Part shown: in pieces, positions 1 to 11,900 of the stretch
Position numbering within the stretch: position 1 is the stretch's first letter
How the letters are laid out: the number at the start of each line of letters is the position of its first letter
NCBI GenBank assembly: GCA_000934665.2
Contig: KZ538511.1
Span: 1 to 64,000 of the forward strand
Direction of reading: 5' to 3'
Length of the DNA: 64,000 nt
DNA from: Catajapyx aquilonaris
Lineage: Eukaryota
Program-made: the position numbers and the translations under genes
Notes under the pieces: generated by a model
What the model saw: only the letters and a program-made list of their open reading frames with translations
What the model was told of the DNA's origin: nothing
The model's database searches: none

Positions 1-111
1 CCCGCCACATTTTGCTTTCTCGACGCGTCATCACCCCCCTCTTCGCTGATTGGCTAGCGCTCGGAGCGCCCTACCTGGTGAATTCTATATACTTTGGTCC
101 TTAGTGATGCC

Positions 112-334
112 GTCAGATATGAGAAGACCGTAACTCAATGGCCACTTCCCCTTGCGCCGCTTGCGGCGAGAAAAAAAAGCAGTGGTACCAAAAGCACCCA
201 ACAGGTGGAGTTGGGATGCCGTTCCTTTTTCTCCCATCCCCCAACGCCACCTCTTGGATGCTGACGGTAACACTTGCATTCTTTTCTCGCCGCAAGGGAA
301 GTGGATAATGAGTTACGGTTCTCTCACATCTGAC
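112..334. mobile_element. Imperfect ~220-bp palindromic (fold-back) MITE-like element in a nardilysin intron
   Basis: The left arm gtcagatatgagaagaccgtaactca...ttgcggcgagaaaa...ggtggagttggg is mirrored by the reverse complement of the right arm, gtcagatgtgagagaaccgtaactca...ttgcggcgagaaaag...ggtggcgttggg. Confidence 0.7.
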
Positions 335-509
335 TGCAGTACTGGCATCCCCCAGTGGGAAGAGTTGCAGGATTAGCCGCGATATTCAACACTGAACCCG
401 GGGATAGGCCGAGAACGTCAAAAGAAAGTGTCGGGAAGAATTAAACCAGTTTTTGATCGTGTAATATTATTTTTTTAAATTGTAGTTATTTTTTATTTAT
501 TAAAATAAT

Positions 510-568
510 CGCGGCCACCCTCGACACCCACGGAGACGGCTTCGCGACCCCCAGGTTGGGAACCACTG
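510..568. mobile_element. Terminus of a hAT (Buster/Charlie-like) non-autonomous element
   Basis: Ends in cgcgacccccaggttgggaaccactg, whose reverse complement CAGTGGTTCCCAACC is a typical hAT terminal inverted repeat. The partner end was not located. Confidence 0.45.
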
Positions 569-958
569 ATCTAATACAGACACTGCCAAGTTCCATTGGC
601 TGTTAATTAGTAAAGGGAAGTTATGAGCAGTTAGAAAAACGTGGTCGGAAAGCGTGCATATGATTTAGATACATGTGCGAGTGCATGCGAATAGAGGCGG
701 TAGAGGTTGTGAATTTTTGTTCATGCAATTTTTTTTTTTTTTAAATTGCAAGGTATGGGTATGTTGAGGTGGGCAAATGCATATTTCCCAGCCAATGCAA
801 AGGTGGGATTGCAGATTGGTCGCAGGGTATAGGGAATCACATATATGTGAATGCAGGGAGGAACGGGTGAGGGTGGGGGGTGTGGATGTGATTGGCATCA
901 TCACTGGCAATATAAGTCCGAAGCGATTGAAAATATGGTGGGCGCTGTAGGCCGCAGG

Positions 959-1039
959 CCTAGAAAAGAGCGAGCGAAGCGAGCGGTTTTCTAGGCCAGC
1001 GCCCTAGGAAAATACGAGCGGAGCGAGGGTTTTCCTAGT
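959..1039 (+). mobile_element. Helitron-like 3' end (GC-rich hairpins followed by CTAG)
   Basis: Two similar hairpins, cctagaaaagagcgagcgaagcgagcggttttctagg and cctaggaaaatacgagcggagcgagggttttcctag. The second ends in CTAG-T, as insect Helitron 3' termini do. Confidence 0.4.
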
Positions 1040-1091
1040 GAACTATTTAAATCTCTGAAAACAAAAAAGATGCAATACTAATAAAATTTAC

Positions 1092-1911
1092 CTTAGTGAA
1101 TGCATCAAAAGCATTCTCAGAAGGATATTTCTGGCTGCCCATAAAAACCATGTGCTCTAGAAAATGAGCCAAACCAGGGATATCATTGGGATCACTGAAA
1201 CTGCCTACATGGATACTTAGAGCTGCTGCTGCCTGAAATGAGAAAAGAAATAAGTTTCTAGCCAATTGTGTCACAGAAAAGGATCTACTTTCAACAAAAT
1301 TTACCATCTTTTCTCCCTGACGAGATCGCCTGGTACCACCTGCATTACTTATACTTCCACTAGGACGTCTCGAACGGCAGCCCTCTTCACTGTCAGATTC
1401 AGTGAAGTCATTTTGGTCCTCATCTTCCTCCATATCCTCGTCACCCTCATTATCATCATCTTCTATGTCACCATCACAGTCGTGTTCTGGGCTCATGTCC
1501 TCATCAGCCATATTCACTGAATTGAAAATTGTAATTGAAAACGTTATAATAAGACGTAGTTGTAAACATGATTGTTGTGCATACCTTCAGGAGAGTCCAA
1601 ATTGCAGTATGTTGAATCGAGATCAGAGATGAGCATTGCCACCAGTCCATTTGGAAGTCTCACCACCCTAAAATGCATTTATTATTTATGTGAGGCTACT
1701 GCAAGGCCATTGCAAATTCCTTATCTGTTAGTGCCTACATCCCACATTCTCTAGCCCGTAATAGTCACCACGAAGGCCATTACCTGTACTCCTTTTTATC
1801 ATTAGGAGACTTTCTGGGACTCTCCAAGACCTCCAGCATCCCTTCTGGAAGTGGGATTGTACTGGACCTCTTCCTCCCAAGCTCGTTATCTGCTGCAAGT
1901 TCTTCCGGCAT
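1092..1911 (-). CDS. NRD1: Nardilysin (N-arginine dibasic convertase, M16A insulinase family), 5' part; the gene continues beyond the left edge of the window
   Basis: Phase-consistent GT-AG exons 1911-1784, 1667-1585, 1516-1305 and 1232-1092 give MPEELAAD...KSPNDKKEYR VVRLPNGLVAMLISD...(long D/E acidic insert)...EKM AAAALSIHVGSFSDPNDIPGLAHFLEHMVFMGSQKYPSENAFDAFTK. The inverted zinc motif HxxEH (HFLEH) marks M16, and the acidic insert distinguishes nardilysin from IDE. Confidence 0.93.
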
Positions 1912-3065
1912 CCTCCTGCTGCTTGTGCTTGTGGTTAACGATAGGTTCAGTCCACAGGTCCTCCCCTTGTAGCTGTGGAACAACTGCAACCTGGTGGAAT
2001 CAGAGCCGGTGCCCTTCTTGGTGGCTATGAAAATTCTGGATGCCCTGGCCAGCCACCGCACCACTGGCTCCAGGATCCAGCAGCAATGGATCAGCTGATG
2101 GCCCCAGCAGCAGCAGATTTATGACCTGAAAAGGGCAACTCACGTGGCACACACTGTCCGGAAGTTGTTCTATGCCACACTCTCACTTTATCTACTGATC
2201 TACCAGCAGTCCAGCGTGTCCTTCAGTCCTCCTCCTCCTCAGTACAGGAATAACAATGATAGTAGTGCACCCAGCTCCCCATGTGCCAGCTGGGATTGCG
2301 CACTGCGACCACCAGACCACGGTCAAGGATGCGGCCTATTTCCAAGACCTTGTTCCCACTGCGGGATATTTGCACATGCGTCTACTAGTCCAGCCAGGTG
2401 AATCTCAAGGCTGACCTTTAGGGTCGACTTTTGAATTGATTAGTAGGCAGAGGGTCAGTCTTGGGCTAACCAAGTGCTGGGGGTCGTGTATTTTGTAGGA
2501 GGTTCCATGCACTTTGGTTCCATGGTTGATGCCAAGGTCGAAGGGTGGTGTGTTCGGGTGGCTGCCATGAAGGACCGTGATGTGGAGGGAAAGTTGAATG
2601 GCCAAGATGACGGTTTAGAACACTACCTTTTCACATCTGAATTCCTGAGCGTACCATAGGGGTCAGACGATAGATTTCTTACTATTCATCGGTTCTAGCA
2701 TCTGAAAGTCAAGGGGAAGGCTATCTTGTTTGCCCAGCATTCAACAGGAGTTGAGAAATTCAATGACAAACCTCATCCCGATCCAGAGCTCTATCGGCAA
2801 CATTTTCAAATTCTTTTCTGTCACTGGTGTGCTTTCTATATTTAAAAAAAAGTATAACTCTCTCGATGAATGATTTTGACCTGCCGAGACATAGGTCGAT
2901 TTGTGTTATTTTGCCATCCACTGGGACAAATGCCTTATGTAGAGCAATCTTTCATTTAAAAACAGTGATATGGATTTCCAACGAAATACCGTTATTTTTA
3001 TTATTTTATGTTGTACCTTTATACATAAACAACTACAACAACATCAACACGACATTTTCCTATAA

Positions 3066-3215
3066 AGGCCATTTCACAAAAAAAATGTCGCGCGGCAAAC
3101 GGCGCGACTTGCGGCAAATTTTATTGTTGCCAACAATTGGCAACAATAAATATAAATAAAAATTTGCCGCAAGTCGCGCCGTTTGCCGCGCGACATTTTT
3201 TTTGTGAAATGGCCT
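3066..3215. mobile_element. PIF/Harbinger (Tourist-like) palindromic MITE
   Basis: Near-perfect long inverted repeats (aggccatttcacaaaaaaaatgtcgcgcggcaaacggcgcgacttgcggcaaatttt ... mirrored) flanked by a TAA target-site duplication on both sides (3063-3065 and 3216-3218). Confidence 0.8.
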
Positions 3216-3430
3216 TAAGAGGTAGTCAGCGATGAAGGGAGACACAAGTTAACCTCACATGAACTGCATTAAAACTTACGAAAAATAAAACTATAAACTA
3301 CCAGTCCCACCTCCCCCTCCCCCCAACCTATGATAGTAATATACGGTACACACCTTTATCCATTTATCCATACAAATAAGCTACTTTCCGTTAGTTTCTC
3401 CTACAGTTAGATAAAAATTAACACGTATTT

Positions 3431-4540
3431 TTATGGTTTGATTGAAAAAGAAATGAATTTGATTCGGTCAATTTGCCATCTTAAAAGCTTCATAAGTACA
3501 CCAGCAAGAATATTACCAATGATGCTAATAGGTTTAAAGCTCAAGAGGAAAACAGATACGAACTGCAGGAAGCGAAAATGGACTCGAGCGTACCATGCAG
3601 TGCTTTGATATGTAGACTGCGTTAGATCTGACATTTCCAGGCACCAAAGAAGGAATAGCTTCACAGCTTCTGGTTGCCAAAAGAAGAGTGCGTATATTAT
3701 ACCGGACTGGTGACTGCTCTTGACCATCATCCTCCAGAAGTATTCCTCCTGATCTCCGGAACTTCTGATCACCGGAACAGCTACCTTCGTCGTGAAGTCG
3801 CGGATAAGGTGACGGACTTCATCCAAGCTTCCATCGCAAGGGTTGAACCGGTCCTCGATACCCAAATAGCACCCAATCACCCGCCACATGTACACAAAGT
3901 CGCTGATCTTCTCGTCCAGGGTATGGATGCCTACCTTGCGGGGACAGTTGACAATGAATCCAATCGAGATGAGGACCACCATGGATAAGTCCAGCTGGCT
4001 CATGTACACACCGTCCTCTGGGGCCTGGAGGTCATGGCTGGGATCAGCCAAATCCTTCTGAATGTAGGACAGCAAGGTTTCAGCCGGCATAACGCGTTCT
4101 TTGGAAGTGTCCAGTTTGACCCCGTCCACTCGGGACTTATGCCTGTTGGCGTGGTTGCCCACCCTTCGATGTCTCTCCTTCACCACCTTCATGCTCTTGT
4201 AGGCTGATGTGCTTGGGTCCCAGAGATCGCCTTGGTACCAGTTCAGGATGTGCAGGATGATGCTGGTGTTCAGGCGGGAGAGGCTCTTCAGATTGTCGTA
4301 CTTTCCATTGTAGATGAGCATGCGGTACAGAGGAGGCCAGAAGTAGACGCCTACTCCAGCGATGTAGTGGGACAACATGACTCCCAAAAGGTGATTCCTG
4401 ACAAAGTCCTGCCCTCGTCTGAATCGATCTTTGTCCACCCAAGAAGGAGGCTGCTCCATGGGAAAAGGTTTGTGCAGCTCGCGGACTTTGCTGGCGCTTT
4501 TTACCAGGCATTCCAGACGGCCATCTGCTGCTGGGTTCAT
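3431..4540 (-). CDS. Intronless ER-bound oxygenase mpaB/rubber oxygenase (DUF2236-like) domain protein of an arthropod uncharacterised family
   Basis: ORF of about 370 aa (ATG at 4540; the frame is open to at least 4555). It has the motifs PSWVDKDRFRRGQDF, HILNWY...AYKSMKVVKERH, MSQLDL, and DFVYMWRVIGCYLGIEDRFNPC, plus a hydrophobic C-terminus. Confidence 0.8.
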   Translation of the reverse strand: MNPAADGRLECLVKSASKVRELHKPFPMEQPPSWVDKDRFRRGQDFVRNHLLGVMLSHYIAGVGVYFWPPLYRMLIYNGKYDNLKSLSRLNTSIILHILNWYQGDLWDPSTSAYKSMKVVKERHRRVGNHANRHKSRVDGVKLDTSKERVMPAETLLSYIQKDLADPSHDLQAPEDGVYMSQLDLSMVVLISIGFIVNCPRKVGIHTLDEKISDFVYMWRVIGCYLGIEDRFNPCDGSLDEVRHLIRDFTTKVAVPVIRSSGDQEEYFWRMMVKSSHQSGIIYALFFWQPEAVKLFLLWCLEMSDLTQSTYQSTAWYARVHFRFLQFVSVFLLSFKPISIIGNILAGVLMKLLRWQIDRIKFISFSIKP

Positions 4541-4693
4541 GATGGACCTATTCACCTGATCTTCACGGTTGTCTTAATATATAGTGTATCGTGAAGGTCA
4601 GTATGCACATTTCAGGTATGGTCTAGGTCTCTATGGGCCAACCCACGGTTCGCAACCAATGGGGGATACCACCACCCACCCACTCCGGGGGTG

Positions 4694-4695
<2 letters not shown>

Positions 4696-4760
<65 letters not shown>
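4696..4760. repeat. (GA)n microsatellite
   Basis: About 32 uninterrupted GA units. Confidence 0.98.
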
Positions 4761-4764
<4 letters not shown>

Positions 4765-5150
4765 TTGTTCAGCATTTGACAGCACTTAAAAATAAATTCA
4801 GACGATATTTTCCAGAAATCAGTGACGATGACCTGGAATTAGGTAGAAATCTATTCAAGTTGTCAGTTGAAAAAGATGCAGAGGATTGTCGATATGAATT
4901 TATTTAGCTGAAGTCTGATTCGGGGACAAGAGATACCGTATGTTACAAGTAGATGAGCAATCAATCACAGAAATTTGGCCCTTGATGTGCAATTCCTATC
5001 CAAAAGTGACAGAAATAGCCTTCCGTGCACTATTTTGTGTCGACATATCTTTGCGAGTCAGGTTCTTCAACTCTGCTTGAATTGAAAACAAAGAAAGAAA
5101 ACAGATTAATATTATAGGTTGAAGGTGACCTTGCAAGCATTCCTCCGTGT
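4761..5150 (+). mobile_element. Degenerate hAT (Buster/ZBED5/SCAND3-like) transposase C-terminal remnant
   Basis: Translation across stops and frameshifts gives HLTALKNKFRRYFPE...W.LMCNSYPKVTEIAFRAL..FVSTYLCESGSSTLLELKTKKENRL, which matches the hAT dimerisation motif STYLCESGFS...K.K.RNRL. Confidence 0.8.
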
Positions 5151-6139
5151 TTCCAAGAATTGGCAAAGAAAAAACAATTGCAATGAAATGAATTACAATA
5201 CCCTGGCATTCTATTGAACTTATCAATGTATTGAAGTATCCTTCAGTTAACTGACTTTAGTATGTTAAGTAATTAAAAACGACTGGATTTTGTTCATGTT
5301 TAAAAATCCACCAGCATTATCTAATGCTATTAAATTTAAATTTAAATGCTTTAAATATTACGTGCATATTATTTGGGATGCCCTTTTTATTAATCTTGGA
5401 AATGGGAGAGTCATATTCTGACAAATGGCGAAAAGTGTTCATGAGGCAAAAAAAAAAAGGTTTGGAACCATTGGTCATCAGCAATACTCTCACGGAATCT
5501 TCGTGGATTTTGCACATTTGTACAGTACATATTTGCCAATTTTGTGCTGTCATTAGTAGTCTATAAATTATATACCGATATTTTTGTCGCTGTAACCGTG
5601 GGAAAGGCTCTGGTCATCAGGGAAAAATTCAACCGCAGCTATTTACGTGAAGCTGAAGATACCACTAATCAGATGAAGCTGACTACATAGGTTATTTTGA
5701 GTATTATTAAAGCTAAGATTATTGCTCCATAAAGTCCTGTCGGGTTTCGGCCATGGTCTCGTATTTCATGTCGGAAGGACGGCGAAGTCTATAAACGTGC
5801 AAAAGTGTCGAAAAAATCCGGTAAGCATGGTTGTGTGTTCATAACTGTGATATTTCTCATTGCATGAAATGAGCGTATGCAAAATTTTGCTGAAAGTAAG
5901 TAAGTCTTTGAAGTATTCCATATGATATTTTACTAATGAATAACAATTATTGGATTCAATGTGATGAAACTAATATCTGTATCTATATTTGAGGAAGTTT
6001 GTGAGTTTGTTGTGGCATAGGAAAAAAATAGCGGAAAACATCAAGGTTAGGTTGAGAATTTCTAGAAATAAAAACGAGTATTTTGATGTGAATATACGTA
6101 AGCTTGTGTCTGTTAGGTGTAATAATAAATTGCGTAAGG

Positions 6140-6200
6140 CTCTGCTGGCTACGCCTAGCTATGGGAAACCCGTGATGTAATGTAATGAAATGTAATGTAA
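6140..6200 (+). repeat. Probable LINE/SINE 3' end with a (TGTAA)n tail
   Basis: A short GC-richer segment followed by gatgtaatgtaatgaaatgtaatgtaa. Confidence 0.35.
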
Positions 6201-8960
6201 TTTCCTGGAAAAATAATCATTAACCCTCGGGCGCGGACGATGACGTGGGCAACTTTTTGTGACCATTGATAACATTGAAAATATACCACACGTCAGCTTC
6301 GTGGGGTTAACTTGCCAACTAATAAAAGGCGAAATTATTTTAAATATTTATCACCATTTTCACAATAACATTATAACATAACTTGGTACGCCCATCTTGT
6401 CAGTCCAAATTACAAGTCCGTATGACTGCTAGAAGCGGAGGTAGCAATAGTTCTATGAAACTAAATTCTGATTAAACCCTAGCAGTTATTAGGTAGTTAT
6501 AAATGAAACATCTGAAAGCGCGGGATGAGCTATTCTATCATTGTTCCACACTGAGATTTTTTGAGCAAATATTCCGGAATTTTGGAGACAGGTGGAGTAG
6601 GGCCAAAAATGTAACTTTTTGAATTATAATCGCAATTAAGAAATTAGGTATAATGTAGTACCATATTCCCCTCCACATACCAGCCTTTTTTTCCCAGAAG
6701 GTCAGAAGCTTCAGAAGGTGTCAGAAACTTTGCACCATCCGGCACTTTTTCTTGTTGGAATTGGTATAAATTTTTTGCTGAAAGTGTGTCAGTTTGATTC
6801 TGGCGATATATATAGTGTAACTGTTGAAGACCAGCACTCCAGCAGTTTCTGGGTATACACATACTAGATGAGTAGAATGCACGGTAGAATGTTATTAAGG
6901 TTGTACTGAATAAAGACTAATATTTTGTCCAAGAGATGGCTCCATCTGGAAAATATAACCCCAAGAGGCGAAAAATCCTTTGGACAGATGTCGCCTAATG
7001 ATAGTGTATAATGCCATGTATAATTACCATTTGAAAATGGATCGGGAAAATTGGATCGGTGACATGCAAGATGTGTGCCATCAGGCCAAGTGCCGTTGTT
7101 CGAATTTCTTGATTCTAATATGGTAACAGGCTATGTTGCTATTCTGCAGGTCGTCCCGGATTGAATCATTTCTTGCAGTGAAATGCAATAATTATGATGA
7201 CGATCATGCCTAGCCAAAGATAAACAAGTTGTGTAGTAAATAATTCTGATAACTTTTCTTTATTTTTGGGTGGACATGAAATGGTTTTTACATGGTAGTG
7301 ATATAGTTCTGATAAATTATATCGATGACAAGATGATCATGGTACGTAACAGTACATCGAAGTACATGCGAATGACTACGTCGCATTCGGATATTTTGTG
7401 AAACCAGAAGCACATTGACTTCTAAGTCATACATCGAGTGTGAAAGTACCTGTGCACAAGAATGTCACTTTTCCTTCTTTAATTGCCTATGATGTAGTGG
7501 GAGATGAACTAACTACGCGATATGACACCTTGTGCAGATAATTTCACAAGTGTAGACTATACGATATTTTTGAAACACCATCATTATAGATGTTTATCAA
7601 AATTTGCCATGTTTTCAGCAGAAAAGGGTTAGCAGTGTACCACGTGGTCCATTATGAACTTCCCAAGCCACATGATATGGCAAATTTTAGACGCCAATAA
7701 ATGCAACTTTCGTTATGGCTGGATTTGCAGAATTTACACACTCTTATCAAGTGAGAATGTAGGTACTAAGGTAACAATGATCTGCTTTTGCATGACCTGA
7801 ATGTTCACAAGTAATAATTGAAGAAAATCACACCATTGTGTTATTTGAGAAGTTTTATCTTACGTTTGGCATGAATAGTTCGTAATGGACAAAACATTCG
7901 AATATATACTTTTTAAGTTAATTTTACCCTGTTGATAGTAAATCCATCCACAAGTAAGGGGATAGAGTAATATTGCACTTTGTGACGTTCTCTAGACTGC
8001 TCTCGGCATAACCTGAGACATTAAGGAACAGAGCTAAACTTTTTCATCCAAAACTTTTCTTGCATCCACCAATCATCGCTCGCTCTTTCCACCATGTCAC
8101 ATTTTATAACAAGAGCTCCTGCATAAGGGACTAGGAATTTGGGTAGAAAAATAATTGACACACAAAAAAACAGGAACGAATGCAGAGCCATACTGGATGT
8201 ACAGGTCTTCTTGCATTAGCACTGAACAGTATATGTCACAATAGGTCACTGTTACTCGAGGCAAAATAAACACCTTCAACAATAGGCGTTCCTCTTCAAA
8301 TGGTAGTTAGCCCCAGCTGATGCGCATCATAATAGTCTACTTGATAGTCTATTATTCTGAGCCTTGTCGCGCTGAGTGGGTGGGCGCCATAAAGCTTTTT
8401 AGGCTCTCCAGAGCGCCTGTCCCATCATGTCTTCTTTTTTTTGGTGGGATGTTGGGTGTTGGTAGAGGGGACAGATGCTCATCATGCCAGATATACTGGC
8501 TGTCGTGGTCATGGTCACTGCATGAGCGATGCTGCGGAGTGTACGACCAAGTTGGCACACGTCCCAGAGATATCCAGTCTTACTGGGAATGCAAAAAAAA
8601 TATGGATCAGTATCATGTCAACCAGATGGTGTCAAATTGAGTGCGAATATTTATTCATAAGTGCACAAGTGCAAAGTGCAAACACTGATGACTGAGTTTA
8701 AATTGGAAAGCAGGGGACGATGCATAATGAAATCAGGTCGTGTTAATTATTCGTGCTTCAGCTGCGAATTGTCGGATGTGGCGATAACATGTCGAAAAAT
8801 AGCCTACGGGGTGCATTACCCAGCTCTGATGACTTAAGCGTGTTACAGGGGCAGGAGGACAAATTAAATTATGGCATATCAACAGAGCGAGCATTTTTCT
8901 CTTCAAAAATATCATTGACACTATTACTTACGGATTGGTCCATACGTCCCATCAGGTCCC

Positions 8961-11900
8961 TCAGAGTCTGGTAAACTGCCTGTCTGGCACAAGATCCTCC
9001 GGTTCTGCTGTGTTCGGAGGATAGTAAACAAGAGGTGGCATAGGTGGAAGAATCCTGGTTCCATGACCCCCGAGGGAAACGGTAGCTCCTCTGGCTCCAT
9101 TAGGACCAGTAGTGGCGGTGACGGTTGTGGTCGTGGTATGCAGGCTTCCGTTGGATGGCCCGTGCCACGACCTGGCTGTGGATGACCTGAAATGTGTCCT
9201 CAGAAGAAATTTTCGCTGATCGCCATTAGAAACGAGCGAGTCGTCGCGGGTGGCGTCTGGCGACTCCTGCCGACGACTGGTGCACCTTTTACAGAACATC
9301 CGGAGGAACAGCCTCTTGAATTTGTCCCCGAAGATACAGTAGATGACGAAGTTGACAGAAGAGTTGACAGTCACCAGGAGGTTGCTGGATTTGACTAGCT
9401 GGTCGATGATGATTTCGCCCACGCTTTCCAGCACGTTGTTGACCAGTGCCAGGACGTTGCAGATGAAGAAGACGACCACCACGCAAAGGAGCATCATGGC
9501 AAGCCCGATCTCCTTACGTTGGTGGTTTGACAGACGTTGCCGCTCTGAGTTTGCTTTCCGCACCTGTTGACCATTGGAGGTGGAAAGTTAGCTACAGGCA
9601 ATATCAGGTATCGTTGTCTTTGTCGGAGTGGATTGAATGAACCATATTTTTAAAAATATCGGTATTAATCAACAGGATTATTATGGAGTATAACTTTCAA
9701 AAACTCCGGGTTTAAAATGTTTCCCTGGAGATCTGTGTGCTCCGTTGGATGTTAATAATTGTTTTAACAAAAAAGCCACTTGGGCGTAAAAACCGTTCGC
9801 CAAAGGGCATAAATTACCGGCAAAAATTAGCTTGTTGAAACTGATTACCATCCTATCATCGCATTATTCGAGGTTTTTTCGCGCTTAAAGTCACAATTTT
9901 TGCAACAAATAAATGGCGACAATACATACACTGTGCCTCTTCATAATTTTTTCCCATACACCTCCGCAGACTACACTTGTCCAGAAGGACAGACATGCAC
10001 CAATGATATAATATGCGCTAATTAGTTAGCACAAAGCTTGTAAACTCAATCTTCTTTTCATGGTTTTTGATTTTGTAAAGCTTACCAATAACCGCATGTG
10101 AAATAAATTGCTTCACCGCCCGCAGGGGAGCTTACTCGAAGCGAATACTGCTACAGCAGGCGGTACACAATGTAAGGCTGACATATTGGATATGAGCCTG
10201 AGGCAAGCGAGAATTGAAATTTTAATGTCGCCGGGTAAACTCCTCAGCACAATGATTCCCTCACTGTAATCAGTGTCGTAATTTTATATTCGAGGAACTA
10301 TTTAAAATCACATTTATGAATTCTTACCAGGAAAGAAACTCCATGAATGCCTCATCATTACAAAGCCTGTGGTCTTGAGCACAACTGATACTGTACCAAG
10401 TTTTAAATTGTAGGAGAAAACCAACATAATATATAACAAATAATATAGCGGAAATTGGTGACAGTGAAAAGTCGGAAGAAGTTGCGACTTAATAATTTTA
10501 AATTGAAATTATTTTGCAATAAACTTTTTGGTGTCACATTCACTTAATTCCACAAGTAGTTGAGGTGGCAAATTACACAAGCTTAATTAATTGCGAGCAT
10601 CAGCCAGCTAATCCCATTCCAGTGCCACTAAAACGTCAAAACACGTGGCTTTAATTAAATTAGAGAAACTTAATTTCCCCTATTTTTCAGCATTTCTGGA
10701 CGCATTTGATTAGCCCAACCAAGCCTTTTCACGTCCACTTTGCGTGGCAAACACACTGCGGATTGTTGACAAGCGGTTGTAATGTTTCCACAAGTGTACA
10801 GGGTACACGTAACACATGGGTACACGTAACACATACCTGTCTGTAAATGGCAGCGTTGAAGACGGCGAGACAGCTGAATGGAATCACATACATGATGAGA
10901 AAGTATGACCAATTGATGTATATCTGGATGTATGTTGGGTCAGCCCTCAATTCGGACGGGGTGACTTTGGTCAGCGTCAGGTTGTGTTGGGAGTCAAAGA
11001 CCTCGACCCTGGAGACCTCCCAAAAGCGGGGTAGGTTGTAGAAGAGAGCGAAGAGGGCAATGGCAGCCACGTACAGACGGGCACGACCGTACGTGCACAG
11101 AGAACGGGCCCGTAGGGGATGGCACACTGCTACCCACCTCTCCACGGTTACTGTTAATGTCAGGTAGACTGATCCAGTCTGAAGAAATGGGAAGGAAACA
11201 TTACATTTACAAGAAAAAGTGCAATGGGCTGAATCTAGCAACAGAATTAAGAAACACCCTGTATAGTATGAACGATGCTCATTTGTCGGGGTGTGACTCA
11301 ACCTGTCGCCACACACCCTGCATGGCTGCATATATCAAATGTGTCCAATAGCTACTGTCCCATGTATGTCGAAAGCCATCTAATTTATTCTCTGCTGCGT
11401 CAATTTTGATTGAACCTGGACCGTAGCAAAGTGACCAATTTATCACTCTGTTCTTCCCAAATCCCCAATAGGAATGAGACACTTTAGAAGTGGCTGTCGT
11501 CCTTGCATAATTCATTGCGCATTAGCCCTGCATGACGGCATTCTGCTTGACATTTGCAGTTGACACGTAGCAAACAAGTTTCATGTTGACAGTCACAGAG
11601 ATTCCTTTGGAAGTGCCACAGCAGTCTATAGTAAAGGAACGAACAACTGCGTTACACAAAACGCTGGGAAATTAATCAGACAGAAAGGCTGGAAATGAAC
11701 TCGGATCATAATATGGTTAAGCCAGACGTTGTAACCAGATCTAAAATATGGAAGGCAGATTAGAGTGTATTTTTGAACAAATTAAGCGACTGCAAATTGG
11801 CTCGCCGAACTGTGGGGACTTTGAGAGAAAAATGCAGACTTCCGACAATGATCAAAAGAGTTTTGGTGTTGGCTCGTTACACCCAGGTTACACAGTCGTC

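Noticed and set aside
300..355. Minus-strand translation DASTAVRCERTV resembling the next nardilysin segment (NASTDCERTV)
   Set aside because: It lies largely in one arm of a palindromic element, has no proper acceptor, and the flanking residues do not continue the M16 alignment. Treated as coincidence.
3674..4594. Plus-strand and alternative-frame ORFs over the oxygenase gene, and similar shadow ORFs over FMRFaR and NLR exons
   Set aside because: They are antisense or off-frame shadows of real coding exons.
4584..4907. ORF with an ERERER tract
   Set aside because: It is an artefact of the (GA)n microsatellite running into a dead hAT transposase fragment.
6224..6306. TTAA-CCC...GGG-TTAA piggyBac-like mini element
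   Set aside because: The inverted repeats are too short and imperfect to support the call.
6644..7130. Open frames of 70+ codons on the minus strand
   Set aside because: No recognisable domain, and no consistent splice path joins them.
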